Source of the DNA: an uncultured cyanobacterium
Lineage (GTDB): Bacteria; Cyanobacteriota; Cyanobacteriia; Cyanobacteriales; CAWCAG01
Reading direction: 5' to 3'
DNA length: 64,000 bases
Assembly: GCA_963793425.1 (NCBI GenBank)
Contig: CAWCAG010000009.1
Span: 960,001-1,024,000, forward strand
Under the pieces are notes generated by a model. It ran no database searches. It saw only the letters and a program-made list of their open reading frames with translations, and was not told the DNA's origin. Position numbers and translations under genes: made by a program. Every line of letters begins with the position of its first letter. Within the stretch, counting starts at the first letter, position 1. This document shows positions 7,860 through 17,333 of the stretch, one piece after another.

Positions 7860-9743
7860 ATGACTTATTGCCTCAATTCTGCTTGTAGCAAACCACAAAA
7901 CTCTGACTCAGGGAAGTTTTGTATTAATTGTGGTTCTCGGCTACGCTTAGGCGATCGCTTCCGTGCTATTAAATTGATTAGTCAAGGAGGTTTTGGGCGA
8001 ACTTTTTTAGGTGTTGATGAAGGTAATAAAATACAAGCAGAATGCGTCATCAAACAAGTTTTACTAGTTTATCAAGGAACTAAAAACAGCCAAGAAGCAG
8101 AAGCAAAGTTTCGGACAACTTGTCAGCAATTACAAAAAGTTGGTCAACATCCACAAATACCCTCCCTTTTAGGTTACTTTGAAGGTAATAACCTCATGTC
8201 ATCTACTGTAGTTCAAGAACTAATTTCTGGGGCAAGCTTACAAGAAGACTTGCTTAAACAAGGGGCTTGGGGAGAAGAAAAAGTTAAAGAACTTCTTAAT
8301 GAATTCCTTCCTATCTTACAATTTATTCACGACCAAGGAGTAATTCATCGTGACCTTAACCCTAATAATATTATTTACGTTTCTAATCCCCATAAAAAGA
8401 GAGCGAAAGTAGAAATCACTGCTGTTCAACAAGAAGAGAGAAAGTTATTTATTGTTGATTTTAGTGCGGCTAAAGTGACAACCAAAACTGCTTTAGCTAA
8501 GCAAGGTACAGTAATTGGTTCGGCTTCCTATACTGCCCCAGAACAATTAATGGGACAAGCTATTTATGCTAGTGATATTTATAGTTTAGGAGTAATTTGT
8601 ATTTACTTGCTAACTCAAATTGATCCTTTCGATCTCTTTAGTCGTTATGAAGCTAAATGGGTATGGCAGGATTATTTACTCAATCCTGTAAGTGATAAAT
8701 TAGCAGCAGTTATTAACAAAATGTTGGCGGAAAAAGCTCAGGAACGCTATCAGTCTGCCACAGAAGTTTTCCAAGACCTTAATTCTGGTCAAACTATCAC
8801 TCTTTTTCCTAAACAAAAACAAACTCTTCCTAAATCTACTTTATCTACTTTAGCTCCTACCTGGCATTGTTTAGCAACCTTAGAAGGTCATTCAAGTTCA
8901 ATTCATGATTTAAGTTTTAGCTTGGATGGTAAATATCTGGCTAGTTGTGGTGCGGATAGAAAGGTAAAAATGTGGGACTTAAGTAGTAAGAAATTAACCC
9001 AGGACTTTCTCGGACATAAAAGCTTAATTGAAGCAGTTACTTTTAGTCCTGAAGGGAAAATAATTATTAGCGGTAGTTGGGACAGTCAAATTAAAGTTTG
9101 GCAAGTAGAAACAGGAGAAGAAATTGCTAATTTAACAGGACATACAGGCTGGATTAAAACTTTAGCGATTAGTAATGATGGAGGAACTCTAGTTAGTGGT
9201 AGTGCGGATAAAACCATTAAACTCTGGGATTTAACCACTAATGAACTTAAACATACTTTCCCTACTCAAGAAGATACTATTCAGAGTTTACAAATTAGTT
9301 CTGATGGTCATAATTTAGTTAGTGGTAGTAGCGATGGCACAGTCAAGTTTTGGGATTTACAAACTTACCAATTAAAGCAAGAAATTAAAGCCCATAGCCA
9401 AGAAGTAACTTCTTTAGCTTTCACCCCTAGTAATAAAATCATGATTAGTTCTAGTGGTGACGGCACAATTAAGTTTTGGCAGCTAGAAAATGGTAACTCA
9501 ATAAAAACAATTACTTCTAACTCAACTTCAATTAATGACCTCGCTATCAATCGAGAGGGCAATCTTTTGGTTAGTGGCAATCAAGATAATACCGTGAAAA
9601 TATATCATCCTAGTAGTGGCAGTTTGTTACACGAGTTAACTGGGCATGACTCAGGAGTATTAGGTGTAACTATAAGTATTGATAGTAAAATTATTGCTAG
9701 TGCTTCCCGTGATAAAACGGTTAAACTTTGGCAATATTCTTGA
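7860..9743 (+). CDS. Ser/Thr protein kinase-like protein with N-terminal Cys motif and C-terminal WD40 repeats
   Basis: YCLN..C, SQGGFGRTF, CVIKQ, IHRDLNPNN and YTAPEQ, followed by about seven GH...WD-type repeats. Confidence 0.9.
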   Translation: MTYCLNSACSKPQNSDSGKFCINCGSRLRLGDRFRAIKLISQGGFGRTFLGVDEGNKIQAECVIKQVLLVYQGTKNSQEAEAKFRTTCQQLQKVGQHPQIPSLLGYFEGNNLMSSTVVQELISGASLQEDLLKQGAWGEEKVKELLNEFLPILQFIHDQGVIHRDLNPNNIIYVSNPHKKRAKVEITAVQQEERKLFIVDFSAAKVTTKTALAKQGTVIGSASYTAPEQLMGQAIYASDIYSLGVICIYLLTQIDPFDLFSRYEAKWVWQDYLLNPVSDKLAAVINKMLAEKAQERYQSATEVFQDLNSGQTITLFPKQKQTLPKSTLSTLAPTWHCLATLEGHSSSIHDLSFSLDGKYLASCGADRKVKMWDLSSKKLTQDFLGHKSLIEAVTFSPEGKIIISGSWDSQIKVWQVETGEEIANLTGHTGWIKTLAISNDGGTLVSGSADKTIKLWDLTTNELKHTFPTQEDTIQSLQISSDGHNLVSGSSDGTVKFWDLQTYQLKQEIKAHSQEVTSLAFTPSNKIMISSSGDGTIKFWQLENGNSIKTITSNSTSINDLAINREGNLLVSGNQDNTVKIYHPSSGSLLHELTGHDSGVLGVTISIDSKIIASASRDKTVKLWQYS

Positions 9744-9786
9744 TAAGTTGTTGGTGTTAAACCAGCTTAGTTAATCATAATTTCTC

Positions 9787-10503
9787 ATGAATAAAGAATT
9801 TTTTGACAGATTATACAAAGGTTACGCAGCAGAAAATTTCATAACTATGCAGCTTTATGAAAATGGCTTTGAAGCTTTTCGTTTACCGGCTGATTTTGGG
9901 CTTGATCTTGTCGTTACTAATCAATTCAAAACATTAGATAATAGAGAGATACCTGACGATTGTTTCCCCTTTGGATTACAAGTTAAATCTAGACGTTTAA
10001 GGAAAGATGAGAGCAGAAGAACAAAAAAAGGAAGAGACGAGTACAACTTCTATTACTTATTGAAAAATGAGGAAATTGAAACTCTTAAGACATTTCCTAA
10101 TTCTGCCTATGTGTTTGTTTTCCTAATACCTTTTGGTATTTCAATCAAAAATATCTACGCATTTTGTATTCATTCAAATGAAATTGATAATATGATTAAG
10201 CATAAATTTTTTATTAAAAGTGGTGAAGGATATAAATTAAATGTTCGTTTTAGAGGATTTCCGCAAGAGAGTCGTGAAAAATTTATCAAAGAGATGTTAG
10301 ATATAAGTCCACTCACTCAGGAGGGAAAAGAGTATTTAGAGAGTAACTTACCAGGATCTTTCCAGAAAAACTGGAACGCTTCGGAATACGTCTCTCTAGG
10401 TAGAGAATCAAAAAAAAATCCAGACAAACTCGCGAAAAAACGTGTTTTGCTTTTTTATGACTTTTCAAAATTTCCGCATTTTGAGGCAATCGAGTACTTA
10501 TAA
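9787..10503 (+). CDS. Hypothetical protein, putative PD-(D/E)XK nuclease fold
   Basis: GYAAE...PADFGLDLVV...GLQVKSR pattern. Confidence 0.6.
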   Translation: MNKEFFDRLYKGYAAENFITMQLYENGFEAFRLPADFGLDLVVTNQFKTLDNREIPDDCFPFGLQVKSRRLRKDESRRTKKGRDEYNFYYLLKNEEIETLKTFPNSAYVFVFLIPFGISIKNIYAFCIHSNEIDNMIKHKFFIKSGEGYKLNVRFRGFPQESREKFIKEMLDISPLTQEGKEYLESNLPGSFQKNWNASEYVSLGRESKKNPDKLAKKRVLLFYDFSKFPHFEAIEYL

Positions 10504-10650
10504 CTTCTGATTACTGAAGTTCATAACGAAGCCCTTTGTAGCTATTAATCAACTTGAATTTTTACTTCAAGAAACTGTAGAGTACAATCACTCATCACCA
10601 CAAACCAGGTTAACAGGAGAAAACCCAGCATTTATTTTAAGTTATTTCTT

Positions 10651-11481
10651 TTAAATAGGACTAACCTTAATCTCTTCTACTTCTGTCATTTCTTCTGTGG
10701 GGACAAAATTGAAAGTATCAGCAGTTACTGGAGGGTTAGCAACTCTACTATTAATTTGCTCAGTAGCTTCTATATTTAACTCTTCGCTAACTCCTTGAAA
10801 ATTAACTTGTTTGAGCATTTTGCTAACAGGATCTAACACTACCCCAATATTAAAACCAGAACCCTCATCGTTAAACTCATAAGCAGCATATTGTTGTTCT
10901 TCAATAGTAACCGCTTCGCCACTAAGAGAATCAGGAACACTAGAACCCAATAGACTCTCAATCATAGCAATGTCTGTTCCTTCATTAAGGAAACTACGGA
11001 AGAAAGGAGGAATTTGTAAGAATAAAGTAGAGGATAAACCAATCAAAAAAGAATCAGTGGAACCGTCAAAACTTTCATAATCAGTAACCTGATAAATTTG
11101 TTTCTCTGGTTGGTATATCCAGACACTTTCACCATTAGAAATCACTTCATAACGATTACCTGGAGTCTCTCCTAATTGACCGAAGACAATTTCTGAGCGA
11201 AACTTATTAGGTGAGCTAACTGTAGTATTAATTTGCACGTAAACTTTAAATTCTACTCCCGGAGATTGCCCATCTACTTGCAAGTAGGATTGTGTTGTGT
11301 AGGTATCATATTGCAGAAAATCCCGTAAAGATTCTATCAACAAAGACAAGTCGGAGTTACTATTGGGCTGTTGAGTTTGAGCCTGAAGAAATTTACTAGG
11401 AGAATTTAACAGAGGAGAAGCACTAGCTTGAAGGGATATAAGTGCTGTGAGGGTAGCCAGTAAAGGAATAATTTGACGCAT
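10651..11481 (-). CDS. Secreted DUF2092 / LolA-like fold protein
   Basis: Signal peptide, SPNKFRSEI, VISNGESVWIY and C-terminal DTFNFVP. Confidence 0.7.
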   Translation of the reverse strand: MRQIIPLLATLTALISLQASASPLLNSPSKFLQAQTQQPNSNSDLSLLIESLRDFLQYDTYTTQSYLQVDGQSPGVEFKVYVQINTTVSSPNKFRSEIVFGQLGETPGNRYEVISNGESVWIYQPEKQIYQVTDYESFDGSTDSFLIGLSSTLFLQIPPFFRSFLNEGTDIAMIESLLGSSVPDSLSGEAVTIEEQQYAAYEFNDEGSGFNIGVVLDPVSKMLKQVNFQGVSEELNIEATEQINSRVANPPVTADTFNFVPTEEMTEVEEIKVSPI

Positions 11482-11585
11482 AATTAATCTAAATCTTGTT
11501 CAACAAAAAAACGATGGTAAATTAGGCTGAGTTGATTAATACTAGTTTAAACGCATCTTGGCTTAGTGGTTTCTTCTTAATAGTT

Positions 11586-12185
11586 ATGTCCAAGGAATTT
11601 CTAAGTACAATTGCTACAGCCCTGACATTCGCTCTATTTTTTCCCTACATCCGCTCGATTCAACGGGGAGAAACGAAGCCTCATGTTTTCTCATGGGTGA
11701 TCTGGGGACTTGGTACTTTGATTGTCTCTTTTGCTCAACTCGCAGGCGGCGGCGGTGCGGGGGCTTGGGTTATCTGTATTTCTGGGCTGATATCGAGTTA
11801 TATCGCTCTACTTGCCTATCTCAAGCGCGGTGATATCATCATTACCAAGACTGATTGGTTATTTTTCATAGCGGCACTCTGGGCATTACCTTGTTGGTTT
11901 CTCACCTCTAACCCTTTGTGGGCAGTGGTTACACTTACTATGGTAGACCTATTTGGGTTTGGACCGACCATCAGGAAGGCTTATATACAACCCTATGAGG
12001 AGAGAGTCGGCTTTTTCGCCCTTTCTTCTTTCCGCAATCTCTTAGTTATCTTAGCTTTGGAGCATTACTCCCTTACTACAGTTTTGTTTCCCGCCGTTGT
12101 TGGCTTTGTTTGCCTCCTTGTCGCTTTTTTGTTGGCTTATCGGAGACTTTTACTAACAAAGCAGACTATCAAGAAAGACAGTTAA
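11586..12185 (+). CDS. Multi-pass membrane protein (PQ-loop-like, uncharacterised)
   Basis: About 7 TM helices, with PYIRSI..GETKPH.FSW and PTIRKAY..PYEE repeats. ATG at 11586 is preferred over TTG at 11532. Confidence 0.7.
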   Translation: MSKEFLSTIATALTFALFFPYIRSIQRGETKPHVFSWVIWGLGTLIVSFAQLAGGGGAGAWVICISGLISSYIALLAYLKRGDIIITKTDWLFFIAALWALPCWFLTSNPLWAVVTLTMVDLFGFGPTIRKAYIQPYEERVGFFALSSFRNLLVILALEHYSLTTVLFPAVVGFVCLLVAFLLAYRRLLLTKQTIKKDS

Positions 12186-12234
12186 GCAAGGTGGGCAAGG
12201 GAAAATTAATGATCACTGCCCACCCCACAAATAA

Positions 12235-13518
12235 CTACGCTAAAGCTGGGACAGGAATTTGTAAATGAGGATAAAGGGGGAAGCAATCGCATAAAGCAGT
12301 CACCCTATTTTTACAATCGCTTTTAATCGCCTCATCCTCTGGATTTAAAAGACAATCGGCGATAATATTAGCAATTTCCGTAAACTCTTTACTACCCATG
12401 CCCCTAGTTGTCATAGCCGGGGAACCCAGGCGCAAACCACTGGTAACAAACGGTGATTCCGGATCAAAAGGAACAGTATTTTTATTAGCAGTAATGTTCA
12501 CTTCACTCACCAGGGCATCTGCACGTTTACCTGTCATGCCAATGGAACGCAAATCCACTAACAGGAGGTGGTTGTCTGTACCATCAGAAACGATCTTAAA
12601 CCCTCTTTTATTTAACCCTGTAGCTAAAGTTTGGGCATTGCTAATTACCTGTCTGCAGTAGTTTTTGAAATCATCACTCAAAGCTTCCCCAAAAGCCACT
12701 GCCTTAGCTGCAATTACGTGTTCTAAAGGTCCCCCTTGAGAGCCAGGGAAGACACCTTTATTCAACTTCTTGCCTAAATCTGCATCGCGACTAAGAATCA
12801 AGCCGCCACGGGGGCCACGGAGAGTTTTGTGGGTGGTTGTGGTAACAACATCACAGTGAGGAATGGGGTTAGGATGGTGTCCTGTAGCTACCAAACCAGC
12901 AATGTGGGCGATGTCTGCGAGTAAGTATGCCCCCACTTCATCGGCAATCTCCCTAAACTTGGCAAAGTCAATGGTACGAGAATAAGCAGAATAGCCACAA
13001 ATAATTAATTTAGGTTGTTCTTTTTTCGCTAATTCCCGAATCTGCTCAAAGTCTAATCTTTCTGTATCGGGGTTAACGCCATACTGCACCACCTTAAACC
13101 ACTTACCAGAAACATTAACCGGCGAACCATGGGTTAAATGTCCACCATGGGACAAATCCATACCCATAATTGTGTCCCCCGGTTTTAGTAAAGTAAGGAA
13201 GACAGCAAAGTTAGCTTGGGCTCCAGAATGGGGTTGAACATTAGCACTAGCTGCACCGAATAATTCTTTAGCGCGATCTATGGCTAGTTGTTCTACTAGA
13301 TCATGGTATTCACAGCCACCATAGTAGCGTTTTCCTGGCAACCCTTCAGCATACTTATTGGTCATCATCGAACCTTGAGCAGCCATTACTGCTGGGGAAG
13401 TGAAGTTTTCACTGGCAATTAATTCGAGGTGGCTTCTTTGCCGCTTAAGTTCTAAGTTAAGAATTTCTGCAACTTTGGGGTCTGTTTGAGCTAAAAAATC
13501 TAAGTTAGTTTGAGTCAT
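12235..13518 (-). CDS. glyA: Serine hydroxymethyltransferase
   Basis: LIASENF, NKYAEG, GGHLTHG and [14 protein letters not shown] motifs. Confidence 0.98.
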   Translation of the reverse strand: MTQTNLDFLAQTDPKVAEILNLELKRQRSHLELIASENFTSPAVMAAQGSMMTNKYAEGLPGKRYYGGCEYHDLVEQLAIDRAKELFGAASANVQPHSGAQANFAVFLTLLKPGDTIMGMDLSHGGHLTHGSPVNVSGKWFKVVQYGVNPDTERLDFEQIRELAKKEQPKLIICGYSAYSRTIDFAKFREIADEVGAYLLADIAHIAGLVATGHHPNPIPHCDVVTTTTHKTLRGPRGGLILSRDADLGKKLNKGVFPGSQGGPLEHVIAAKAVAFGEALSDDFKNYCRQVISNAQTLATGLNKRGFKIVSDGTDNHLLLVDLRSIGMTGKRADALVSEVNITANKNTVPFDPESPFVTSGLRLGSPAMTTRGMGSKEFTEIANIIADCLLNPEDEAIKSDCKNRVTALCDCFPLYPHLQIPVPALA

Positions 13519-13764
13519 AGTTGATACTTAAAAGATGCGATGGCAATTTATATACAAATCAGGTTTTAGTTTTGAATAGAGAAGCTAGTTTACTCCTCTA
13601 TCCCGATTAAATATAATAACTCTGTTTGTTTAGGTGATACCAAATCTGGCAGCTAAAGTGTTTTTATCAAATCGAGAATTCTTTGTAGAGTGGTCATGCC
13701 CAACCTTGTATATTGGTTTTATACAAACTGTCCTAAGTTATAAATCATCTTAAGGGAATCTATA

Positions 13765-14918
13765 ATGACCTCTACCATCACCATCAATGAAAACCACCGC
13801 CTTCCCCTAGAAAAACTCAGCTTGCCTAAGCGGGTTTTACTGGCCCTGGCCCTTCTAATGCCCATCCTCAAGTGCTGCAAGCCTTGAGTACTGAACCTGT
13901 AGGACATTTGGATCCTAGTTATTTGTCTTTAATGGACGAGGTACAAGAATTATTACGCTACACTTGGCAGACTAGTAATCCTACCACCATGAGTATTAGC
14001 GGTACAGGTAGTGCAGCCATGGAAGCTACCCTAGCTAATGTTGTGGAACCAGAAGATATTGTTTTGGTGGGGGTGATGGGGTATTTTGGTCATCGCCTGG
14101 TAGATATGGCAGGGCGTTATGGGGCTGATGTCCGTACGATGGCAAAACCTTGGGGAGAAGTGTTTAGCTTAGAAGAATTGCGTAGCAACCTAGAAAAACA
14201 TCGCCCTGGGGTGCTTGCTTTAGTTCATGCTGAAACTTCTACGGGGGCTTGTCAACCATTAGAAGGCGTAGGCAAATTATGTCAAGAGTTTGACTGCTTG
14301 CTACTTGTAGATAGTGTCACTAGTTTAGGGGGTGTTCCTTTATTTATTGATGATTGGGGAATTGATTTATCCTACAGTTGTTCTCAAAAAGGCTTAAGCT
14401 GTCCTCCTGGTTTAGCACCTTTCACCATGAGTCCCCGCGCAATGGAAAAGTTACAGCAACGACAAAGCAAGGTGGCTAACTGGTATTTAGATATTTCCCT
14501 ATTAAACAAATATTGGGGGCAAGAACGCATCTATCACCATACCGCCCCTGTTAATATGAACTATGCTTTGCGGGAAGCTTTACGCTTATTATCTCAAGAA
14601 GGCTTAGCAACACGCTGGCAACGTCATCAAAATAATGCTCAGTTACTTTGGGATGGTTTAGCAGATTTGGGCTTAGAATGCCATGTCGAGAAAGAATTCC
14701 GCTTGCCAACATTAACCACAGTTTCCATTCCTGAAGGGGTAGACGGTAAAGCAATTGGTAAAAAACTATTGCAAGATTACAACATTGAAATTGGTGGCGG
14801 CTTAGGAGAATTAGCAGGGCAGGTTTGGCGTATTGGTTTGATGGGTTATAACAGTAAGCCAGAGAATGTTGAATTAATTCTCAAAGCTTTGCAAGAAGTT
14901 TTGAACAATAATCAATGA
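13765..14918 (+). CDS. Alanine/serine--glyoxylate aminotransferase (class V), with a 1-nt frameshift near 13842
   Basis: SGTGSAAME, HAETSTG and SCSQKGLSCPPG motifs. The N-terminus MTSTITIN..RVLL joins GPGPSNAHPQV only if one G is added. Confidence 0.88.
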
Positions 14919-14979
14919 GCAATGCCAACTCTGTTTCTCCCGCGATTACCGAAGATAATGGGTTTAAAGCCCCGTCCTT

Positions 14980-15378
14980 TTAGGGCGGCTTTTCTTGATT
15001 CTTAATATACTCTTTTAGGACTGATAGCGGCGCACCGCCAACAGAAATAGCAAAATAGCTAGGACTCCACAACGACTGCTTGTGGGGTTTTTTAAATCTA
15101 GCTTGTCCATAACGACGACTGGATACCCCTTTTAAGGCATTAATTGTTTGAGAAATAGATAATTTAGGTGGGTATTCAATCAGCGAGTGAATATGATCTG
15201 CTTCTCCATTAAACTCTAAAATTTGAAAATCCATTTTTTTTGCAACGTCTGTAAAGGATTTTTCGATTAAGTCTAAGCTTTCAGTCGTTAATACAGGCAT
15301 ACGATATTTAGTTACGCAGACCAAATGAATCTTTAGGTCTGTAATACTATGCCTTCCTTTCCGGAATGGGGTTGTCAT
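14980..15378 (-). CDS. tnpA: IS200/IS605 Y1 HUH transposase TnpA
   Basis: HLVCVTKYR, DHIH (HUH), LKGVSSR, LWSPSYF and the catalytic YIKNQ. Confidence 0.95.
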   Translation of the reverse strand: MTTPFRKGRHSITDLKIHLVCVTKYRMPVLTTESLDLIEKSFTDVAKKMDFQILEFNGEADHIHSLIEYPPKLSISQTINALKGVSSRRYGQARFKKPHKQSLWSPSYFAISVGGAPLSVLKEYIKNQEKPP

Positions 15379-15429
15379 TTGCTGTAGACCAATATAGTAT
15401 ACAAGTACAGACCAATTGTAGCATTAGCC

Positions 15430-16653
15430 ATGAAAGCTAGATACAAATTCCGTTTCTATCCAACAAGCCAACAAAAGCAGCTTTTAGCTCAGTTGTTTGG
15501 TTGTGTTCGTGTAGTTTGGAATGATGCCCTGGCTATTTGCAAGCAGTCTGAAAAGCTACCCAAAAACGGAGACTTGCAAAAAACCTGCATTACCCAAGCC
15601 AAGAAAACTGTAGAACGTATTTGGTTAAGTGAAGTTTCCAGTACTGCCCTACAGCAATCCATTGCCGATTTAGGAGTTGCTTACAAAAACTTTTTTGACT
15701 CGTGCAAGGGAAAACGAAAGGGTAGAAAAGTTGGTTATCCCAAGTTCAAAAAGCGCACAAGCGACCAGTCAGCAAGGTTAACCCGTGGCGGGTTCAAACT
15801 CACTGGAGAGAAAGTCTATCTAGCCAAGATAGGAGATATAAAACCTATCTGGTCGAGAGAACTTCCCTCAACTCCGAGTTCTGTCACAGTAATCAAAGAC
15901 TGCGCTGATAGGTACTTTGTGAGCTTTATCGTCGAGATTAACCCAAGCAAATTGCCAGATAATAACAAAAGTATAGGCATTGATTTGGGTATAACTGACT
16001 TTGCCACTACGAGTAATGGAGAAAAGTATAAAGCCCCTAAGCCGTTAAAGCGTCGGCTTAAAAGGCTTAGGAAGCTGCAACGTAACCTAGCTAGGAAAAC
16101 CAAGGGTAGTGAAAGGAGAGAAAAAGCCAGAAAGCGGGTAGCCAAACTTCATGCCAAAGTAAAAGATACTCGTGCAGACTTCCTTCACAAACTGTCTACT
16201 AAAATAATCCGTGAGAACCAAACAATTGTTTTAGAAGACTTAAACGTATCTGGTATGGTCAAGAACCGTAAGCTTTCTCGTGCTATCAGTGATTTAGGTT
16301 GGCGTGATTTTAGAACCATGCTAGAAGCCAAATCCGTTATGTATGGTAGAGAGTTCAAGGTAATTAGTCGTTGGGAGCCTACTAGCCAGACTTGCTCTTG
16401 CTGTGGTTTCAGAGGTGGCAAGAAAGAACTCGGAATTAGGAAATGGACTTGTTTAAATTGCGGCGCTGTACATGATAGAGACATCAACGCCGCCATAAAC
16501 ATCTTGGTCGCGGGTGGACAATCCGAGACTTTAAACGGACGTGGAGGCAGGCGTAAGACTATCTCGGTAGCAGCACCCATTGAAGCGTCAACTCGCCAAG
16601 AATTCAAACAACGACAGTTGCTTGAATTCTTATTGGAATCCCCGATCCTTTAG
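15430..16653 (+). CDS. tnpB: RNA-guided endonuclease TnpB
   Basis: HTH start YKFRFYPT, RuvC GIDLG / IVLEDL / DRDINAA, and Zn finger CSCC..CLNC. Confidence 0.95.
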   Translation: MKARYKFRFYPTSQQKQLLAQLFGCVRVVWNDALAICKQSEKLPKNGDLQKTCITQAKKTVERIWLSEVSSTALQQSIADLGVAYKNFFDSCKGKRKGRKVGYPKFKKRTSDQSARLTRGGFKLTGEKVYLAKIGDIKPIWSRELPSTPSSVTVIKDCADRYFVSFIVEINPSKLPDNNKSIGIDLGITDFATTSNGEKYKAPKPLKRRLKRLRKLQRNLARKTKGSERREKARKRVAKLHAKVKDTRADFLHKLSTKIIRENQTIVLEDLNVSGMVKNRKLSRAISDLGWRDFRTMLEAKSVMYGREFKVISRWEPTSQTCSCCGFRGGKKELGIRKWTCLNCGAVHDRDINAAINILVAGGQSETLNGRGGRRKTISVAAPIEASTRQEFKQRQLLEFLLESPIL

Positions 16654-16690
16654 GGCGGGGAGGATGTCAATCCGTAGTCAGCAAACTTAA
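16500..16690 (+). ncRNA. Predicted TnpB omega/reRNA: scaffold overlaps the tnpB 3' end and right end, and the guide is the flank from 16671
   Basis: Established TnpB biology, plus hairpins at 16598-16631 (AAGAATTCAA/TTGAATTCTT) and 16640-16660. The 5' boundary is approximate. Confidence 0.6.
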
Positions 16691-16779
16691 CAACATAAAT
16701 AGAATAAGCTAGTGGCTAGTGGCTAGCGGGTAATCGCCAGTCACTGAAATCTTAGACTTGCTGAGGATATTTTATTTAT

Positions 16780-17295
16780 ATGTTTTTTAACAGTTGGGAT
16801 AACATAATTCATACCCTTTGTGTAGGTACTCTTGGTTATATTTTTATCATTATCCTGCTTCGTATTTCTGGAAAGCGGACTTTATCAAAATGGAATGCTT
16901 TTGATTTTGTTGTTACAGTCGCTTTCGGTTCTATCCTCGCAACCTTATTATTATCAAAAGACACTTCCTTACTTCAAGGAATTATAGGATTTGCTCTTTT
17001 AGTAGTGTTTCAATTTATGATTAGCTGGCTTTCTGTTCATTCTGACAAATTCCAAGCAGCTATCAAATCAACACCAGCTTTGCTACTTTATCAAGGTCAA
17101 TTTCAAGAGCATAGTTTACGCAAAGAAAGAGTTACCAAAGAAGAGGTTAAAGCAGCCATCCGTAACAGTGGTGTTGGGGCGGTAGAAGATATAGAAGCTG
17201 TGGTTTTAGAAACTGATGGTAGTTTTAGTGTTATTAAAAAGCTTAATGGTAAATCAGCATCGGCTCTTGTTGATGTGAAAGGATATCCTGTTTAA
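16780..17295 (+). CDS. DUF421 / YetF-domain membrane protein
   Basis: RISGKRTLSKWNAFDFVVTVAFGS and VVLETDGSFSVI motifs. Confidence 0.85.
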   Translation: MFFNSWDNIIHTLCVGTLGYIFIIILLRISGKRTLSKWNAFDFVVTVAFGSILATLLLSKDTSLLQGIIGFALLVVFQFMISWLSVHSDKFQAAIKSTPALLLYQGQFQEHSLRKERVTKEEVKAAIRNSGVGAVEDIEAVVLETDGSFSVIKKLNGKSASALVDVKGYPV

Positions 17296-17333
17296 AGATA
17301 GTATTAATATGGGTTTAACCATGATAACTAATA

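Larger units (their letters stand above)
14950..16670 (+). mobile_element. IS200/IS605-family element, IS605 group (divergent tnpA and tnpB)
   Basis: Left end follows TTAC, with AAAG then the hairpin GCCCCGTCCTTTTAGGGCGGC. Right end is GAAT-CCCCGATCCTTTAGGGCGGGG-AGGATG-TCAA. Confidence 0.92.

Noticed and set aside
9757..10530. Integron-cassette-like borders (GTTAAAC upstream, stop codon in TAAC) around the nuclease-like gene; GTTAGAT near 38994 was also considered
   Set aside because: No complete attC fold and no integrase are present. Such 7-mers occur by chance in AT-rich DNA.
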